Assembly: GCF_009914755.1 (NCBI RefSeq)
Contig: NC_060939.1
DNA: 64,000 bases
Source of the DNA: the human T2T-CHM13v2.0 reference genome, Homo sapiens
Reading direction: 5' to 3' (one strand)
Every line of letters begins with the position of its first letter. Positions within the stretch are counted from its first letter, which is position 1. The notes under the pieces are model-generated. The model saw nothing but the letters and a program-made list of their open reading frames with translations, had not been told where the DNA came from and made no database searches. Shown piece by piece: positions 59,601 to 64,000 of this stretch. The position numbers and the translations under genes are program-made.

Positions 59601-62392
59601 AAGGCCAACTTGTTCCTTAATCAGATGAATGGAATTCACTTCTATAAAGTATTCCTGAAGAAGTGATTCACAACCCACTAATCAGAGAACAAAGTGGAGA
59701 CAAAAGGCATGTATTTCACTTGTCACTCATGTGTATCTATATATTTATCTTTATCTACACAGACAGATATATAGATAAATCATTAAAAACAACCTTTATT
59801 ATTTTGCCCTTCAGTTTTGAGCAAAGGTTCTGCAAAAGAAAATGGTGGTTCTAAGTTGCTATGAGGTTAGATGTCCAATTCTGCACCATCAAATTCCTTC
59901 TTTCTTTATACAGACCTTTCCCAAATATCACTATTTTCCTGTGACAGCTCGAGGATAATGAGGATGAATATTAATGAGTACAAGTGCCCAAAGCAATCTA
60001 ATTTTGTCATAATACAATTGAAACAACACCAACAAGACAACCAGAAGGGTTCAGAACATTTAACAAAATGTGAACCAATTTAGTATTCTTGAATTTCATT
60101 TTTCAAAACAAAAACATAAATGGCTTAGGTATTTCAAAATGAATCAACGGTTTACCCACCAGAGAACTCCAAACATGCATTTCATCATTTTAAAGCAACT
60201 GATAAAATAGCAAAGCATTTTCCAGAGAAAACAGTATTCCAAGCTTCCAGGAGGTAAAAATGAGCCATAATTTCCTAACTGCTACCGAATTTTAGATGAA
60301 AACTTTTCACTTGAAATAAAAGAATATGCCATAATTTTTGTTTTTAACTCACAAAGCCGTCAAGCTTTGGTAGCCATATACAACTTAACCCTGTTTGAAA
60401 TGCGTAAATCCCAAAAAAACTATTTATATTCTCATTGCATCTATTTTTTTTTCCTGCACCCTCCCCTGCCCTGCAACCCCCGTGGCTATACAAAAGACAG
60501 AGACTCACATGCTTTTTATATTTTAGGATACTGGGGAAAAGATTTTTGTCTGAAACTTGGTCTTAGGAAAGGGCATATGAGGGACTGGCTTGTTTTGTGC
60601 AGACGGTTTAGTAAGGCCCTCTTCATGAACCAGCAGCACAACACATAGGGGATATTCTGAATTTCCACAGCACTTATTATGCTCTGTTCATCTGGAAATC
60701 AACTATTTGTGTAGTTGATTTTATGCTGCCACTTTGTACCATTACTTTTCATTTGTTCATGCTTTATCTTCTTCACTAGATTTAAGTTCTCTAGGGCAAG
60801 AAACTGCATCTTACCCTTCTTTCTACTTGCAAAATTTAGCACACTGCCTCAACATGAAAAATGACCAACAAGTACTACAGATGGTTCAAGAACTAGGCCA
60901 AATAATTATTATTTCCACTCATTAAAATAGTGTAAACTGAAAAATACAGTAAAAGAGGGAGAATTGAACTTTCCGAAAGAGATCCGGTCAATTGCATCAA
61001 TTTCTTCCTTAGGAATATGCTGTCCTAACTCAATCTAGCAAGTTCTGTGATGTCCCTAATCTTGAGATGCTACACATCTTAAGGTTTTCATAAGCAGGTC
61101 TTTGATGCTTTGATCAATTAAATTACAAATATAAATAAGCTTGAGGAATTAACCTGTCTGAAATATTTTATGTACAGTCTAATACATCATGAATTCTAAA
61201 GTCCTTCTATATAATAGGCACTTTAAATTAGTAAAATGCCAAAATCACAAACAGCACAATCGAACAGGTGAAAGAGGCTTTAAGAGTTATCTAGTTGAAT
61301 TTTCAATAATGCAGCTTGCTGAGAGATGGTTATACAGACCATTTGAAAACTTTTACCCATAGAGGAGCCTACAACCACTCTACTCTGCTAGACAGTCACA
61401 TATTTTCAGATGTATTTTCATATATTCATCTCCTGCTTGCCTTCCTGTGAAGAAACTGTTGGTTCTCAATCTAAAAACAAATCTACCACCTCTTCACCAA
61501 AGTATATGAAGACAGCTGCCTTACAGTATTTTTGCCAGCCTTGTTTTGGTATCAACAGAAGATTTACTGCAGTCAGTTGACTAACCATGGAAAACAAAGG
61601 CACTCATTGCTTGGTGGTGCAAAGACTGCCTCCATTCTGAGAGAAAGCCACGTCCTATTATACTAAGATACTGTTGCCCTATTCCCATACACACGCGCAA
61701 GCTTCCTACTGGAAAGTCTGTGACTCTGCATTTGCTGCAGCACAGACTGGAACGGGGGCCATATTAGGTCTACCAGCTTCACTCCTCTGGCAAAGCAAAA
61801 CATGGAAAACATGCCCTTGACTCTTACAAGTAGGGTAATAAGTCATTATCTGGAAGGCCGTGGAAAAATAAGGCAGTTAAAAAGTTACTAGCTTTGTGTT
61901 GCCCCTGTTGAGTGTCACTCAATTCATAATATTTCTTTAAACCACTAATAATTACTAGGCCTTTCCCGTAATTATATATTTACCTAAATCTTATGTAACA
62001 TAAGTCTAGCTTACAGTTTGTTGGTAAAGTTCTGCAGTACTGAATTAAAAGCCTAACCAAACCTTAATTACAGTATATCACCAACTTTTCAACCTTTTAA
62101 CCAAGAAACTGACAAGTAATGATCTTTATGTAAAAAAATGCTAATTTCCACGTAAGAGTCTTTAATATTTGAGAAGCTGATAAAAAGTTATATAGAACAC
62201 TTTAAAACAGCCATAAACCAATCCAAGAAAATAGTTCTATTAATATTCTTGGCTTTGACTTTACTTAAGAAGATGTCTGATAACTTCCCCTAAAAAACAT
62301 CTGAGCAATTGAGAAATGAAAACTGCCATACGGAATTGAAATCAGTAAACACAGTACAGAACCCAGAACTTGATAAACCTTAACAGTATTAC

Positions 62393-62535
62393 CTTTTTAG
62401 CACTTTCGGGACCTGATTCATCAAAGCGAAATCTGACAATTCTGAAATCTTTACAATAAATAATTAACTCTGTTGGATTAAATTTCAGTTTCTGGTTGGG
62501 GCCTAGGACTTTCTGCTTCCTCTTGTGGTCGTTTA
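62393..62535 (-). CDS. MTMR10: MTMR10 coding exon 5 (PH-GRAM region)
   Basis: tttttag|TAAACG...AAAAAG|gtaat; 143 nt; NDHKRKQKVLGPNQKLKFNPTELIIYCKDFRIVRFRFDESGPESAKK. Confidence 0.95.
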
Positions 62536-63009
62536 CTAAAAAAGAAAAAAAAATAGAGAAAATAAAATGCGTAACAGTTATTTGTTACTCACCCTTTAAT
62601 ACAAATTCTTAGTGAAAATAATTGGAAGGTCACCCAACATTTGAGCTCTGCTTGTCTAGAATGTTTCATACTTGTAATTCCTAGAACTTGGGGGTTGGTT
62701 TTAACTTTGCTTTGGAAGATATTTTAAATGATTATTTGCATAAAACCACCATCTAGACACATTTAATGATTAATTTTAATTAAAAAGAGGACAAAAAACC
62801 TAGAAACTATGAAAAGTTATACATTTTATATCTTCCTTTTAAAATAATTTATTAACATATCCCTCTTTATGTTCCCGGGACTCAAAAAAACGGCAAAAGT
62901 AAACTTACAGAAATAAAACGCCAATCCAAGTATTTTGAGAGGTATGACTTTTCAAATAATACTTCCAGAGTGGAATTGACTTTTAGAGTATGTACGGAAT
63001 ACTACGTAC

Positions 63010-63082
63010 CTGTGACAATTTGCTCAATACATGTTAAAGGGACATCGTGTTCACCAAGAAGAAGGTTTCTGTAATGGAATTT
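63010..63082 (-). CDS. MTMR10: MTMR10 coding exon 4 (PH-GRAM region); earlier exons lie beyond the window
   Basis: attccag|AAATTC...TCACAG|gtacg; 73 nt; KFHYRNLLLGEHDVPLTCIEQIVT. Confidence 0.94.
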
Positions 63083-64000
63083 CTGGAATAAAAAATTATG
63101 TTCATATTAATTCTTTTCCCAATAATCTCACAATGGTAGTATAAGCCTTAAACTGTGATGATAAACTGTGACAGTTATCTCTAAAAAGCACAAAAAGCTT
63201 TTGTCTAGGTAGCTAGGGCCATTCCAATGTTGACAGATAGAAATTAGGTTAAAATGTACACAACAATCTTATTATAATACCTAAGATAGGGAATATCATC
63301 AATCACCTTACCAGCAAGCATTTGCATGTCTAGATCTGGATAAGCTGGCCACAACATATTAAAGAAAAAAGGGCTCTTAGGTCATCAGATTTTAAGTGGG
63401 TAAAATCATGTTTGATTTTCACACTGAAGATTTTAAAGTGCAAAATAACTATCTTTTTAAAGCACAAAGTCTACTAGAAATAAAAACCATTAGAAAAGGT
63501 TTTGCATGTTCAAACTAAGGACGTAGTTAACACTATCAATCTGCTGTCAGTAGGGCACTGGTTTACTTTTTCCTAATAGTGGTACTGGATTTAAGCTGTT
63601 CCAGGTATCTGCTTCTCATTTACAGTGAAGTCTGGGGCCAATGATCATTATGAAGCTAAAAACAAAGAGAAACACACAAGCCTATATCCAAATAAGCTAC
63701 TGTCCCTACACAGTGGGTATCTTTAAGTGCCTTAAATTTAGTCTAAATATACCTACATAAGACTGTAATGAACACACAAATATACAGTACAATAAATATT
63801 TGTACAGTATAATAATTATGGTAAATTAGTGAGTGACTACATGAAATATACTTACACTAAACTATTAGATCCTTAAATTTAAAAGTTTACAGTTCATATA
63901 CCAATATTTCATTAAAGAACAATTACTATAAAGAAAGATCTAGGGGTAAGTGTGTATAATACTTTATAAAACAAAATACAAAATGGCTGACAGAAAAGTC

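Overview
Human-type genomic DNA (Alu/L1/L2/MER-rich), recognisable as the 15q13.3 FAN1/MTMR10 locus. The + strand carries the 3' two-thirds of FAN1: ten coding exons from 1826 to the TAA at 25333-25335 (TPR region plus VRR_NUC nuclease with the PD...EVK catalytic motif) and a non-coding last exon at about 29644-31187. The - strand carries 13 coding exons of the myotubularin pseudophosphatase MTMR10 (63082 down to the TAA at 29548) and its 3'UTR, which runs to about 27020. All coding exons were traced by hand to AG/GT boundaries, and their phases chain into continuous frames. Exon numbers are recalled from reference annotation. No prokaryote-style novel system is present. The most interesting signals are regulatory. 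The two genes overlap tail-to-tail over about 4.2 kb with dual-use bases: FAN1's poly(A) signal is MTMR10's polypyrimidine tract, and FAN1's last splice acceptor lies in MTMR10 codons. A ~204-bp, ~96% identical direct repeat brackets that junction. A (TG)20 tract abuts a weak FAN1 acceptor in a CFTR/TDP-43-like arrangement. Also present are a candidate intronic poly(A) site just after the FAN1 stop, a ~650-bp AT-rich VNTR, a fossil pogo/Tigger transposase and a U6 retrocopy.
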